A stretch of DNA of 45,114 bases from Opitutales bacterium (GCA_049599475.1 JBMYOQ010000032.1:1-45114); one strand, 5' to 3'. Positions 28,351 through 38,481 are shown, numbered from the stretch's first letter. Program-made: numbers and translations. The notes: generated by a model from the sequence alone, not told the origin.

Positions 28351-29376
28351 GTGAATTCTAGACAACGCTTCCTCAACGCACTTTCTCAGCAACCTTTAGA
28401 CCGTCCGCCGGTCTGGATCATGCGCCAGGCGGGCCGCTACCTGCCCGAGTATCGCAAGCTCAAGGAGCAGTACTCGTTTCTAGAGATGGTGAAATCTCCA
28501 GAGCTCGCAGAGGAGGTCACTTTGCAGCCTCTGCGCCGCTATGCCCTCGACGCAGCGATCATTTTTAGCGACATTTTGGTAATCCCTGAGGCCCTCGGGG
28601 TCCCCTACTCGTTCCGCGACCAAGGAGGCATCCAGATCGACAAACAGATCACCTCCAGGGCAATGATCGATGAGCTCGAGATAGGCGACATCACAGAGAA
28701 GCTGGGATACGTTATGGCAGCTTTAAAACGTGTCCGCGCCTCGATCGGTGAAGAAAAGACACTACTCGGTTTCGGCGGAAGCCCATGGACCCTCGCGGCA
28801 TACATGCTCGAAGGGGGATCCTCACAGAACTGGCACACTGCAAAATCCTTTTTCGTCGAAGAGCGCGCAGCCTATGACGCACTCATGGAAAAAATCGCCG
28901 AGGCGACGATTACCTACTTCAACGCCCAAGCAGACGCTGGCGTGGATGCCATCCAAATTTTCGACTCCTGGGGAGCTGCCTGCCCGGGAACATGGTATCA
29001 AGAGATGTCCCTAAAGTGGATTCAGAAGATCATCAAAGGCCTCAATGGACGCGTCCCGATAATCGTATACGCCAAGGGAATGTCTCACCACGCTATGCGT
29101 ATTGCGGACACCGGAGCCGGCGCGATCTCAGTCGATTGGTCGGTAGATCTTCCCGAACTTAAGTCTCAGCTCGGCAGTCGCTTGGCGGTCCAGGGAAATT
29201 TAGATCCAGCGATCCTCGATACCACTCCGGAGCTTACCCGCATGGCGGCACAGGAGATCTTAGAAAGCATGCGTGGTCATAAAGGTTTCGTATTCAACCT
29301 GGGACACGGTATCCATCCCACCGCCAAGACGGACAACATGGCGGCGCTCATTGAAACAGTCACGCAGTTCTCATGA
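28351..29376 (+). CDS. hemE: Uroporphyrinogen decarboxylase
   Basis: PVWIMRQAGRYLPEY, FSDIL, QGNLDP and FNLGHG. GTG start. Confidence 0.98.
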   Translation: MNSRQRFLNALSQQPLDRPPVWIMRQAGRYLPEYRKLKEQYSFLEMVKSPELAEEVTLQPLRRYALDAAIIFSDILVIPEALGVPYSFRDQGGIQIDKQITSRAMIDELEIGDITEKLGYVMAALKRVRASIGEEKTLLGFGGSPWTLAAYMLEGGSSQNWHTAKSFFVEERAAYDALMEKIAEATITYFNAQADAGVDAIQIFDSWGAACPGTWYQEMSLKWIQKIIKGLNGRVPIIVYAKGMSHHAMRIADTGAGAISVDWSVDLPELKSQLGSRLAVQGNLDPAILDTTPELTRMAAQEILESMRGHKGFVFNLGHGIHPTAKTDNMAALIETVTQFS

Positions 29377-30737
29377 AAATAGCGCGCATAGACCCTGAAC
29401 TCATTCAAAAATATGCGCGCCCCGGACCGCGCTATACCTCCTATCCGACGGCCCTTCAATTCACTGAAGAGTTCAGCCCGTCTGCGCTCACATCAGAGAT
29501 CTCTTCTGAGGCCTCATCGCAGCTGTCACTGTATTTCCACCTCCCTTTCTGCGAGAAGCAGTGCTGGTTCTGCGGCTGTAATACCATCATAAGCCGCAGC
29601 CGCGAAAAGGCAGACCGCTATCTCGACTTCCTCGAGCGCGAACTCGATATCTACCTCCAAGTCGATACACTGAAACGCCCTGTCGCCCAAATGCACTTCG
29701 GCGGCGGCACACCAAATTTCCTGAGCGTCGAACAAATCGAGCGCCTGGGAAGAATCATTCATGCGCGTTTTCAATTTGCCAGCGATGCCGAATGCTCTGT
29801 CGAGCTAGCCCCCGCCCACCTGCACGAAGAGCAGGTAGAAGCCTTTGCAGCGATGGGTCTGAAGCGGGCATCCTTTGGCGTGCAGGATTGTCAGCCAGAC
29901 GTGCAAAAAGCGATCAACCGTATCCAGCCTCATGAGCTGAACCACCAAGCAATGAACTGGCTGCGGGGTAATGGATTCGAGTCGGTGAATATTGACCTCA
30001 TTTACGGCCTACCACTACAGACTCCAGCTTCCTTTTCGGACACCTTGGACCAAGCTCTTGAGCTCAACCCAGACCGACTAGCGATTTTCAACTACGCTCA
30101 CGTGCCATGGTTGAAACCTGCTCAAAAGATGCTCGAGAAGCATCCACGTCCCGACCCTGAGCAGCGCTTGGAAATCCTACAAAACCTGATCGATAAGCTC
30201 GAGAACGCCGGATACGCCTATATTGGCATGGACCATTTCGCACGAAAGTCAGACGAACTTGTGAAAGCTCAAGACGCCGGCACCCTTCAGCGCAATTTCC
30301 AAGGCTACAGCACACGCGCCGGTTGCGACATAGCTGCATTCGGAATTTCATCCATCTCGCAAACAGCGAAGAGTTATCGGCAAAATGTAAAAAGCCTACG
30401 CGAATACGAAGCTGCGATAGAAGCCGGCACTCTACCGATCGAGCGAGGACTCATTTTATCCGAAGACGACGTCCTAAGACGCGAGGTTATCAACAAGATA
30501 ATGTGTCATGGGAAACTTGATTTCTCCCCTATTGAGGCGAAATACAAAATTTCATTCTGCACTTATTTTTCAGACGCCCTCATAAAACTCTCACCCATGA
30601 GCGAAGAAGGCCTCGTTTCCATCTCCGACACATCTCTAGAAGTCACCCCAAAGGGCTGGCAACTCATCAGAAATATCGCGATGCCTTTCGATGCGTATTT
30701 GGAAAGTAAGGAGAAGACGTATTCGAAAACCGTGTAA
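29373..30737 (+). CDS. hemN: Oxygen-independent coproporphyrinogen III oxidase (radical SAM)
   Basis: GPRYTSYPTA, CEKQCWFC, GGGTP, GMDHFA and RNFQGY. ATGA overlap with hemE. Confidence 0.97.
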   Translation: MKIARIDPELIQKYARPGPRYTSYPTALQFTEEFSPSALTSEISSEASSQLSLYFHLPFCEKQCWFCGCNTIISRSREKADRYLDFLERELDIYLQVDTLKRPVAQMHFGGGTPNFLSVEQIERLGRIIHARFQFASDAECSVELAPAHLHEEQVEAFAAMGLKRASFGVQDCQPDVQKAINRIQPHELNHQAMNWLRGNGFESVNIDLIYGLPLQTPASFSDTLDQALELNPDRLAIFNYAHVPWLKPAQKMLEKHPRPDPEQRLEILQNLIDKLENAGYAYIGMDHFARKSDELVKAQDAGTLQRNFQGYSTRAGCDIAAFGISSISQTAKSYRQNVKSLREYEAAIEAGTLPIERGLILSEDDVLRREVINKIMCHGKLDFSPIEAKYKISFCTYFSDALIKLSPMSEEGLVSISDTSLEVTPKGWQLIRNIAMPFDAYLESKEKTYSKTV

Positions 30738-30748
30738 CAGTTGTTTTT

Positions 30749-30864
30749 AAGGATAAAGGATGAGGGATGAAGGATGAAAACTCATGCTCAGTGAAATTTT
30801 ATGAGGGACCGATTGCCGGTTCCGCGATTACGCTTTCATCCCTCATCCTTCATCCCTCATCCTT
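30749..30864. repeat. Inverted heptamer array (RGGATGA)n...(TCATCCY)n between hemN and hemY
   Basis: Left arm aaggataaaggatgagggatgaaggatgaa (30749-30778); right arm ttcatccctcatccttcatccctcatcctt (30835-30864). Confidence 0.9.
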
Positions 30865-30897
30865 TCAAAGCAAATCTTCGAGATCGGGCCTACAAAA

Positions 30898-32265
30898 ATG
30901 ACTCATGAAGCCCCACTACACTCCCTCATCATCGGTGCTGGGATATCTGGCTTGAGTGCTGGGTGGGCTCTTAAGAAGGCGGGTAAGTCCTATAAAATTC
31001 TCGAAAAGTCCGAGCGACCGGGTGGCCCGATACAAACCGTCCGTGAAGGTGGCTTTGTATTCGAAAAAGGTCCCAACACGATTCAAGTCGACGGTACTGA
31101 TCTAGATGCGTTTTTCAGCGAACTAGGCTTGGATGATGAAATTGTTGAGGCAAATCCTGAGGCAAACAAACGCTACATCGTACGCGACAAAACCCCATGT
31201 GCCGTGCCGATGAGCACCAAGGATATTTTTACGACGAAGTTATTTTCGAAAAAGGCCATGTTGAGTGTATTGGTCGAGCCGTTCAAAAAGAAGTATTCAA
31301 GTGAGCATGACGAATCTCTCGCCGACTTCGTTCGACGCCGCTTAAACCAGGAGTTTCTCGACTACGCAATAAATCCCCTCATCGGCGGAATCTATGCCGG
31401 CGATCCAGAGACTCTGTCAGTCCGTTATGGCTTCCCCAAAATCTACAACTTAGAGGATCGCTTCGGTTCTTTAATCAAAGGAAGCATAAGTATTATGAAG
31501 GAGCGCAAGGCCCAAGGCACGCTCTACAAGACCAAGCTCATTTCATTCAAGCGGGGAATGGAGCAGCTCCCTCAAACCCTCGCAGAACAACAAACAGAGA
31601 GCGTCCTTTTCAATAGATCGATCAGCGCGATCTCGCAAGGCGAAGACGGCATTTGGTCAGTGACAGTCAACGATGAAGGCGGGACTTCAACTGAGCTCAA
31701 ATCTACACAGCTCATAATCGCGTGCCCATCAAGCGCCATCCTGCAGCTCCCCTTCGTAGAAAACATTCAAAGGCCTCTACAAAGCATTTCCGAGATCCCC
31801 CACCCACCGGTCACCGCGCTATCCTTAGGGTATCCAAGGAAATCCATTCAGCATGCCTTAGATGGGTTTGGCATGCTTGTGCCGGAAAAGGAAAAGCTCA
31901 GCATTTTGGGCTGTCTCTTCTCATCTACCTTATTCGCTGGGCGGGCCGATAGTGATCATGTCGGGCTCTCGGTGTTTCTAGGAGGCACACGCAACCCAGA
32001 GCTATGCAAATTGAGCGATGCTGACCTTCTCCCAAAAGTAAAAGCCGATCTCAGAGCTCTGATCGGAGCCGAAGGTGATCCAGTCTATATGCGGCGCACC
32101 GATTGGCCGCGAGCAATTCCGCAATACACTATTGGATACAAAAAATATCTAGACCTATTCGATTCAATCGAAAAACAGAACACGGGCCTAAAATTCATCG
32201 GACACCTCGTCGACGGTATCGCTGTCCCAAAATGTATCCGATCTGGACTACACGTTTTAAGCTAG
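30898..32265 (+). CDS. hemY: HemY-type FAD-dependent protoporphyrinogen oxidase
   Basis: IIGAGISGL, FEKGPN, GIYAGDP, GFGMLVP and WPRAIPQY; lies in the hem cluster. Confidence 0.93.
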   Translation: MTHEAPLHSLIIGAGISGLSAGWALKKAGKSYKILEKSERPGGPIQTVREGGFVFEKGPNTIQVDGTDLDAFFSELGLDDEIVEANPEANKRYIVRDKTPCAVPMSTKDIFTTKLFSKKAMLSVLVEPFKKKYSSEHDESLADFVRRRLNQEFLDYAINPLIGGIYAGDPETLSVRYGFPKIYNLEDRFGSLIKGSISIMKERKAQGTLYKTKLISFKRGMEQLPQTLAEQQTESVLFNRSISAISQGEDGIWSVTVNDEGGTSTELKSTQLIIACPSSAILQLPFVENIQRPLQSISEIPHPPVTALSLGYPRKSIQHALDGFGMLVPEKEKLSILGCLFSSTLFAGRADSDHVGLSVFLGGTRNPELCKLSDADLLPKVKADLRALIGAEGDPVYMRRTDWPRAIPQYTIGYKKYLDLFDSIEKQNTGLKFIGHLVDGIAVPKCIRSGLHVLS

Positions 32266-34619
32266 GATTTTTTACCTTCCACAGTCACTTTCAGACGCTT
32301 AATTTGTTCACGGATCTGAAAGGTTTCATCATTCAATTTTCCACCGACTGCTGAAAATTCCTGGGCTGATTGGCGGGATTGCGCGATTGTGCCGTTGAAG
32401 AGTTCCAATTCAGAACATACTCCACGCAAAGTCTTCTCCTGAGATTCAGCGACATCTTGCAACTGGTTGAGTTTTTCGACGGCCTGCCCCACCTTTGTGT
32501 TAAGGTTTGAAAAGTCCGCCGCGAGGCCTTCGATCATTTCGTTCTTCTCGGTGATCGATTGAGCGATCTCACCCAAAATGCGCCCAGTGTCTCCCGAGGC
32601 TTTAGCGGACTTTGAAGACAGTGCCCGCACTTCATCAGCGACCACCGCAAAGCCAGTCCCAGCTTCCCCGGCGCGCGCCGCTTCAACAGCTGCATTTAAT
32701 GCTAAAATATTGGTTTGGAACGCAATTGTATCAATATCCCCAGTAACCTGTAAGGCACTGTCCGAGGACTCCTGAATCGCAGACATCGAGCGGGACAATT
32801 CCTGCATCAGGGCGTTTGCGGAGTCACTCTGGGAACGCGCCTCAGAGATAGTCTGCCCAGCAGCCTGCATGTCCGATTTGAAGTTCAGGATTTCTTGTGA
32901 AACAGCTGCCAGTTGCTCATTAATTTCCTGCGTTTTCGAAGCGTGTGCGCTGGCTTCATTTTCGAGTTTCTGACTGTGCTGCGAAATACCTTCAGAGGCC
33001 GAAACAAAGCTATCAATCGATTCATCCATTGATGAAGTCACATTGGAAGCAGTCCGAACTATCGCGAGTGGCAAAAGTGCGGCCATTAGAAAGGCTACAA
33101 AAACCGCAACGACCGTCGCGAAGACCAAAGTAGAGCGAGAACTATCTGCACGATTGATGCTTTCATTAATCCGCTGATTACTGTCGCTCTTTATCTTAGC
33201 GATCTCAATTTTCCCAGATTCCCGATCGGCATCTACGTATTCTCGGATATGCATGGAGGCCTCTAATGAAGAACCGCTGAGCTTCGTTTGCTGAGCCAGA
33301 GCTTCTGCAATATCGACCCCCATTTTCTGGAGTCCTTGCGCACGCTGGGTGAGTTTCGAAATAGTCTCTCCGACTCCGGTCTCTTGAGAATCTTCGCCTG
33401 CGAAAATAGCATAGTGTTCGCGAGACTTCGAAATTAGCAACGGGATCTGTTTTTGAACTTCAGCAAAACCAGTAATCACTCGCTGCTCGGCACGTTCAAT
33501 CGATTCTGGAGAGCCCCCCATATCACTGACGGCTTCAACATCTCGAAGTATTGCGACCATTTCATTCTTCACCGTATCGATGATTTGCTGATTGTCCGCG
33601 AGTATCATACAACCTTGCTCAATGCTTGCTCTGAGAGCATCTATCTCGTCGAAAGCAGCCTCACTACTTTCCTCAATCTCAAAGACTAAATCATCGAGGA
33701 GCAGAGTGCTCTCAAAAATTTGATCATCGACAAAGGTTGAGAGCCCTGAGCGTAGCTTTCCTAATGAAATATACACGTCATCAAAACATCCCGGTGTGTA
33801 TGAAACAACATCTCCTGCTTTCAACTTCTCTGTAACCAACGCGAGGACCTCATCAATGGTTGCACGAAGATCTGTTGATAAATCCTCCATGAGATCGCTC
33901 TTACTTTTCTCAAGATTATCACGAAGGGTCAGGGCGCGTGAGACCAAGATGTTTACGCGGTCATCATCTTCAGACGCAATAATATCCTTGAGCACCGAGA
34001 CGAGCTCGAGAGATGTACCATTCACAAACAAAAGGCGTGTAGACTTATCATTCGTGTTCGCAAAAAGCTCTGCCATCTTGTCGAGCTGCGCTTTGTTGCT
34101 TGTTCCCAGAGATTTTCGAAGGCGCGCAAACTCAGCAGTCATCGCTTGCGATTGGAAATCGTGCAAGGAGGTCTGGAGTTCTCGCATTAATGTATAAAAT
34201 GCGGTCTCTTCCTCCGCATAGTGCCGGGCGAACGCCTCGACCGAGTCCACCTGTTTCCTCAAGTTAGTGCGCGATACATGAAATAGACGCAACCTCTCTT
34301 GCAGGTCTTCGGAAACGGAGTCGGCCAACTGCTTCATTTCAGTGTCCGCAGCACTCAGCTGATCCTGATCATTTGCGGTGTCGATAGCATCGACGACAGC
34401 CTGGATCTCTCCTGCTTTAGTGAGGAGTTCTGACTCGCGGACGGATGATTTCTCCAAATCCGAAATGGTCGCTTTCAAATCGGTGTTGAGCGCATCTAAA
34501 GCTCGGTATGCGACCACACCCACCACACAGATCACGGCGATAAGCAGACCAAAACCGGCATTCATATGCCGCTTCAGACCTGCATTCTTTATCTTCCTTA
34601 GGAGAGTCCCGCGAGTCAT
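32262..34619 (-). CDS. Methyl-accepting chemotaxis protein with a very large periplasmic domain
   Basis: IAFQTNILALNAAVEAARAGEAGTGFAVVADEVRAL hairpin tip. Two TM segments at about 34510-34563 and 33058-33132. Confidence 0.95.
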   Translation of the reverse strand: MTRGTLLRKIKNAGLKRHMNAGFGLLIAVICVVGVVAYRALDALNTDLKATISDLEKSSVRESELLTKAGEIQAVVDAIDTANDQDQLSAADTEMKQLADSVSEDLQERLRLFHVSRTNLRKQVDSVEAFARHYAEEETAFYTLMRELQTSLHDFQSQAMTAEFARLRKSLGTSNKAQLDKMAELFANTNDKSTRLLFVNGTSLELVSVLKDIIASEDDDRVNILVSRALTLRDNLEKSKSDLMEDLSTDLRATIDEVLALVTEKLKAGDVVSYTPGCFDDVYISLGKLRSGLSTFVDDQIFESTLLLDDLVFEIEESSEAAFDEIDALRASIEQGCMILADNQQIIDTVKNEMVAILRDVEAVSDMGGSPESIERAEQRVITGFAEVQKQIPLLISKSREHYAIFAGEDSQETGVGETISKLTQRAQGLQKMGVDIAEALAQQTKLSGSSLEASMHIREYVDADRESGKIEIAKIKSDSNQRINESINRADSSRSTLVFATVVAVFVAFLMAALLPLAIVRTASNVTSSMDESIDSFVSASEGISQHSQKLENEASAHASKTQEINEQLAAVSQEILNFKSDMQAAGQTISEARSQSDSANALMQELSRSMSAIQESSDSALQVTGDIDTIAFQTNILALNAAVEAARAGEAGTGFAVVADEVRALSSKSAKASGDTGRILGEIAQSITEKNEMIEGLAADFSNLNTKVGQAVEKLNQLQDVAESQEKTLRGVCSELELFNGTIAQSRQSAQEFSAVGGKLNDETFQIREQIKRLKVTVEGKKS

Positions 34620-34631
34620 CTTATTCGGACA

Positions 34632-35774
34632 TTAAAGGTCTATAATTTGAGTATCCTGAAAGGCGGTAAGATAGACAGCGTTCATCCCTTGACTGTCGCC
34701 TTCTCCATATTCGAGAACAGCTCCTCCAAGATCAAACTTGCCGGTGTCAGCGATCGCTTGCATGAGCGCTTCACGCGTCGGAGTGCCTCCCGTTTTTTCC
34801 AGTGCCGATGTAAAGAGCTTAGCCACGGCAAATCCCTCAAGTGAGATCCAATCGGGCTTAGCATCAGGATTTGTCGCTTTGAGGAGCTTTAAATATTCCT
34901 GCACGAGCGCTGACCCGTCATTGCGCGGATCGGGCATCACTTGCGAAATCAGGACATTATCTGCTTGATCTCCCAGCTCTTCGAAAAGCGCATGGGTACC
35001 GACAAATGAAATATTACAAAAAAGCGTGTTATTGATCCGTGCTTTTCGGGCGACTCGAATAAATTCTGCACAAGGCTTGTATGCGCCCACCATGACAATT
35101 GCCTCGGGTTGATTGCGGCGAAATGCCAGAACGCCCTGCTTCACCGCCAGCGTGTTACGCTCATAAGTGGCTTCACCAGCGATGTTCAGTCCGCGTTTTT
35201 CCATGGCTTTCTTCAGACCACTCAGCCCGGCCTGACCATAGCCATCGTTCTGATAGAAAATCCCAATATTCTTGAGACCTTTTTCATCATGCAGGTGGGC
35301 GACAAGCGCTTCCATCTCCTGATCGTAGCTCGCGCGAACATTGACGACCCAATTGTTTGAAGCATCCCGTAAAAATCCAGCGCCTGTGAATGGCCCAATA
35401 AAAGGCACGCCTTGATCTTGGATGTATGGCACCACGGCTTTGGCAGTCGGCGTGCCGACACCTCCGATCAGAGCAAAAACCGAATCAGTCTCCACAAGCT
35501 TCTTAGCATTCTCCAGTGCTTGCCCAGGTTCATACCCATCATCGTAGGTGATTAGCTCGATCTGGCGTCCATTAATGCCTCCCTTTTGATTCACATAATC
35601 AAACCATAAATTCAATCCCTCCTTCATCCCGCTACCCAGCGCTGATGCGGGCCCACCGGTTGCGGCCGTTTGGCCAAGGATGATCTTATTCTCAGAGATT
35701 CCAGGATTCGCAGTGAGCATCCCCACAAATCCGATTCCAGCTAACGCGACTAAAGACAGGTAGTTAAACTTCAT
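34632..35774 (-). CDS. Periplasmic binding protein (branched-chain amino acid / type I PBP family)
   Basis: GGINGRQIELITYDDGYEP, GGVGTPT, RASYDQE and YQNDGYG. Signal peptide from ATG 35774. Confidence 0.92.
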   Translation of the reverse strand: MKFNYLSLVALAGIGFVGMLTANPGISENKIILGQTAATGGPASALGSGMKEGLNLWFDYVNQKGGINGRQIELITYDDGYEPGQALENAKKLVETDSVFALIGGVGTPTAKAVVPYIQDQGVPFIGPFTGAGFLRDASNNWVVNVRASYDQEMEALVAHLHDEKGLKNIGIFYQNDGYGQAGLSGLKKAMEKRGLNIAGEATYERNTLAVKQGVLAFRRNQPEAIVMVGAYKPCAEFIRVARKARINNTLFCNISFVGTHALFEELGDQADNVLISQVMPDPRNDGSALVQEYLKLLKATNPDAKPDWISLEGFAVAKLFTSALEKTGGTPTREALMQAIADTGKFDLGGAVLEYGEGDSQGMNAVYLTAFQDTQIIDL

Positions 35775-35861
35775 ATCTGCCCACAAGTCGTTCGCTCAGA
35801 CCATAAATTCAGCAAAACTTATACACGAATTAGATTTCCTAATCCAACACACTCAATGGAT

Positions 35862-38195
35862 TCACTTACCTAACCCAGCATTCTCATTGCGCTGATCTAG
35901 CTCACACTGTTCAAGGTCACCCTTACAGCCAATTACCACCAGTATGTCTCCTGCGTGAATTAAATCTTCAGGAGATGGCGGAGATGTCCAATTCTCTTCT
36001 CGGAGGACTCCGAGAACACTGATTCTAAAGCGCTTCCGGAGATTCAATGCAGCCAAAGTGGCTCCGTCGAAGAGCCCACCCGCTTCGACAAATATTCTAG
36101 AGATGATTGGCCGTTGTTCATTCCGCGGGCCTTCAGGGCGCTTTCTTGCTAAAAACTGAGTGGCCTGCGCTATCTGGGTTCGACTCCCCGCAATAAATAC
36201 GCGATCGCCCCCAAACAGAGTCGCCTCGGGAGACGGATCGTAAACCCACGTGCTTCCTCTTCCAATTCCGACGACAGATGCACCAGTAATTTTTCGGATA
36301 TCAATTTCGTTAATGCGTGCGCCGTCAGCAATGGACCCCTCAAAGACTTCCGCCTCCCCTAATTCGATCTGCGCGGCACTATGCCGATTCAAATCTTTCA
36401 GAAGGGCATCTTTCTGACGCTTTTCAGCCGTATCATTCGCTTCCTTGAGGCTCTCCAAGAACGTATGTTCTAACCGGCTGTTCACACTTACCATCCGTTG
36501 CCAGAAAACAACTCCAGTAATCAACAACACTCCGCAGAAGGCGAAAAGAGCAGACCCCTTCGGCAGATAGCTCGAAGCTGCAGCAAAGTATAAGGCACCG
36601 AATACGCTGATCACCAGAAACAGTACCAACCCGTTAACTGCATTTCTCAGTTTTCCCTTTAGGAATCTCTCACGGCTCACGGAGGAAAATGCGGTGTCCA
36701 TCAACATCATGACAACGACGTTGATGTTGCGCAAAATCGCTATGATGAAAGGCAAACAGGCAATCCCTGAAAGAATCCAGAGGGCCCAGCTACCCAAAAC
36801 GGGAATATCACCCAATTCTGGTGTGGTATCGATTCGTCCCGCCAATACAAATGTGAGGACTAGGATACCATTAAACATCAGGAAATAGAATCCTATCTGC
36901 AAGAGGGGGCGTTTGATAAGCTTAAGAACCACTCGCTTTTCCATTGAACGGCCAATGGATGTGAGGAAATCATGATAGATGCGCGAGGCCAACTGAACGC
37001 CTGATGGCGTCCGAGCGTTCAGAAAATTAAATACGGGCTCTGCCGAAGAAGCCAGGATCGGCGTCAGCAGTATTGTAATCAACGAGACACCGACGGCGAC
37101 ACTCATCAACTCAGGCCGCACCACCTCCAATGCGATTCCTAAGCTCGCAATAATAAAAGAAAATTCACCAATTTGAGCCTTATAAAGTGCCCCTTTGAAA
37201 GCAGAACTCGAACGTTGACCGGCCAACACCATCCCAAACCAAATCGATAACACTTTCCCCAGGATTACCAATACACTCAATAACAGGGAAACGAGTAGAG
37301 AATCAATCAGCAGGTCCGGCTCAATTCGCATGCCCACCGACACGAAGAAGAGCGCTCCAAATAGAATTCTAAATGGGTCGGTAAGCCGCTCGATGTGTTT
37401 CACCTGAGGCGTGCCCGCCAAGAGTGAACCTGCCAAAAAGGCCCCGAGGGCAAGGGAGAATTGGAAGTGCGCCGCAATCAAGCTCTCGCCTAACATCAGC
37501 CCCACCGCGAAGAGCACCCAGTAATCCGCGCGACCGACGCCATCCAAGGTCTTCAATAGACGCAAGACCAAGAGGCGCCCAAAGAAAAAACTCACGGCGA
37601 CGAATACAGCGACGCCGAATGTGGTAACACCCACTGCACCTATTTCGAACTGACCTTCGATCGCCAGACCGGTCAACAATACGAGTAGGATTATTGCTAG
37701 GATGTCCTCAAAAATAAGGGCCCCGATGGCCAACTGTGCTCGCGGAAATGCCATTTCCTCACGATCGCGAATCGTAGCAATAGCGACCATCGAGGAAGAT
37801 ATGGAAAATACGGCTCCCAGGAATAAACCCTCTGTCGGACTCCAACCCAAAAGAGCGGCAGCTTGAGTACCCAGAAAAACCATCGCTACGGTCTGCAGGG
37901 CTACTCCGCAAAATGCCGGAGCAAAGATTCGCTGTAGCTTGTGGAGATCGAACTCCATCCCGATGAAGAACATCAAAAATACGACTCCAAGCTCCGAAAG
38001 CTCCAGGATCTGCTCGGGATGTGTGAGCAATCCATCTGCCCCTATTTGCATAATCACCGCACCGGCGGTCAGAAATCCTATGATCGCCGGTATACGAATG
38101 AAGTGCGCTAGAATACCAAAGGCGGATGCCACGACAAACACCCACCCCAAATCGGTGACTAGTCCTGCCCCACTTCCCGCTGCTACGATCAACAT
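35862..38195 (-). CDS. CPA2-family cation:proton antiporter with two C-terminal TrkA_C (RCK_C) domains
   Basis: ELGVVFLMFFIGMEF, ISSS, LIFEDI, LGAFLAG, FFVSVG and QIGEFSFII. Two RCK_C-like repeats (TGASVVGIGRG..PSP..GD; ISVLGVLRE..PSP..GD). Start placed at ATG 38195. Confidence 0.93.
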   Translation of the reverse strand: MLIVAAGSGAGLVTDLGWVFVVASAFGILAHFIRIPAIIGFLTAGAVIMQIGADGLLTHPEQILELSELGVVFLMFFIGMEFDLHKLQRIFAPAFCGVALQTVAMVFLGTQAAALLGWSPTEGLFLGAVFSISSSMVAIATIRDREEMAFPRAQLAIGALIFEDILAIILLVLLTGLAIEGQFEIGAVGVTTFGVAVFVAVSFFFGRLLVLRLLKTLDGVGRADYWVLFAVGLMLGESLIAAHFQFSLALGAFLAGSLLAGTPQVKHIERLTDPFRILFGALFFVSVGMRIEPDLLIDSLLVSLLLSVLVILGKVLSIWFGMVLAGQRSSSAFKGALYKAQIGEFSFIIASLGIALEVVRPELMSVAVGVSLITILLTPILASSAEPVFNFLNARTPSGVQLASRIYHDFLTSIGRSMEKRVVLKLIKRPLLQIGFYFLMFNGILVLTFVLAGRIDTTPELGDIPVLGSWALWILSGIACLPFIIAILRNINVVVMMLMDTAFSSVSRERFLKGKLRNAVNGLVLFLVISVFGALYFAAASSYLPKGSALFAFCGVLLITGVVFWQRMVSVNSRLEHTFLESLKEANDTAEKRQKDALLKDLNRHSAAQIELGEAEVFEGSIADGARINEIDIRKITGASVVGIGRGSTWVYDPSPEATLFGGDRVFIAGSRTQIAQATQFLARKRPEGPRNEQRPIISRIFVEAGGLFDGATLAALNLRKRFRISVLGVLREENWTSPPSPEDLIHAGDILVVIGCKGDLEQCELDQRNENAGLGK

Positions 38196-38241
38196 ACTCT
38201 CATCCAAGCTTTCCTCGATATCGACGCAAGCACCCAAAGGT

Positions 38242-38422
38242 TTATTGGTAATTGGTTTTTGGTTATTAGGTGTTGGGTGTTAGTTGTTGGTTTTTAGTTT
38301 TTGGTCGTTGGTTATTGGATCTTAGGTTTTGGGTTTTGGCTAGGATATGCCCCTTTTCGCCAACATCGAACAACCAATAAACAGCATCCAATAACCAATC
38401 CCGTATAACAAATACCAAAAAA
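38242..38422. repeat. Degenerate heptamer array (NNNTTRG x14) followed by an inverted arm of CCAATAA-like units
   Basis: In-register units ttattgg taattgg tttttgg ttattag gtgttgg... at 38242-38339. Complementary-type units ccaacat, ccaataa... at 38360-38422. Confidence 0.85.
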
Positions 38423-38481
38423 TTATCTAAAATCCATTGACAGGTCTTCGATAAACAGACTTCATCCGTCTTTTCGCTGAT

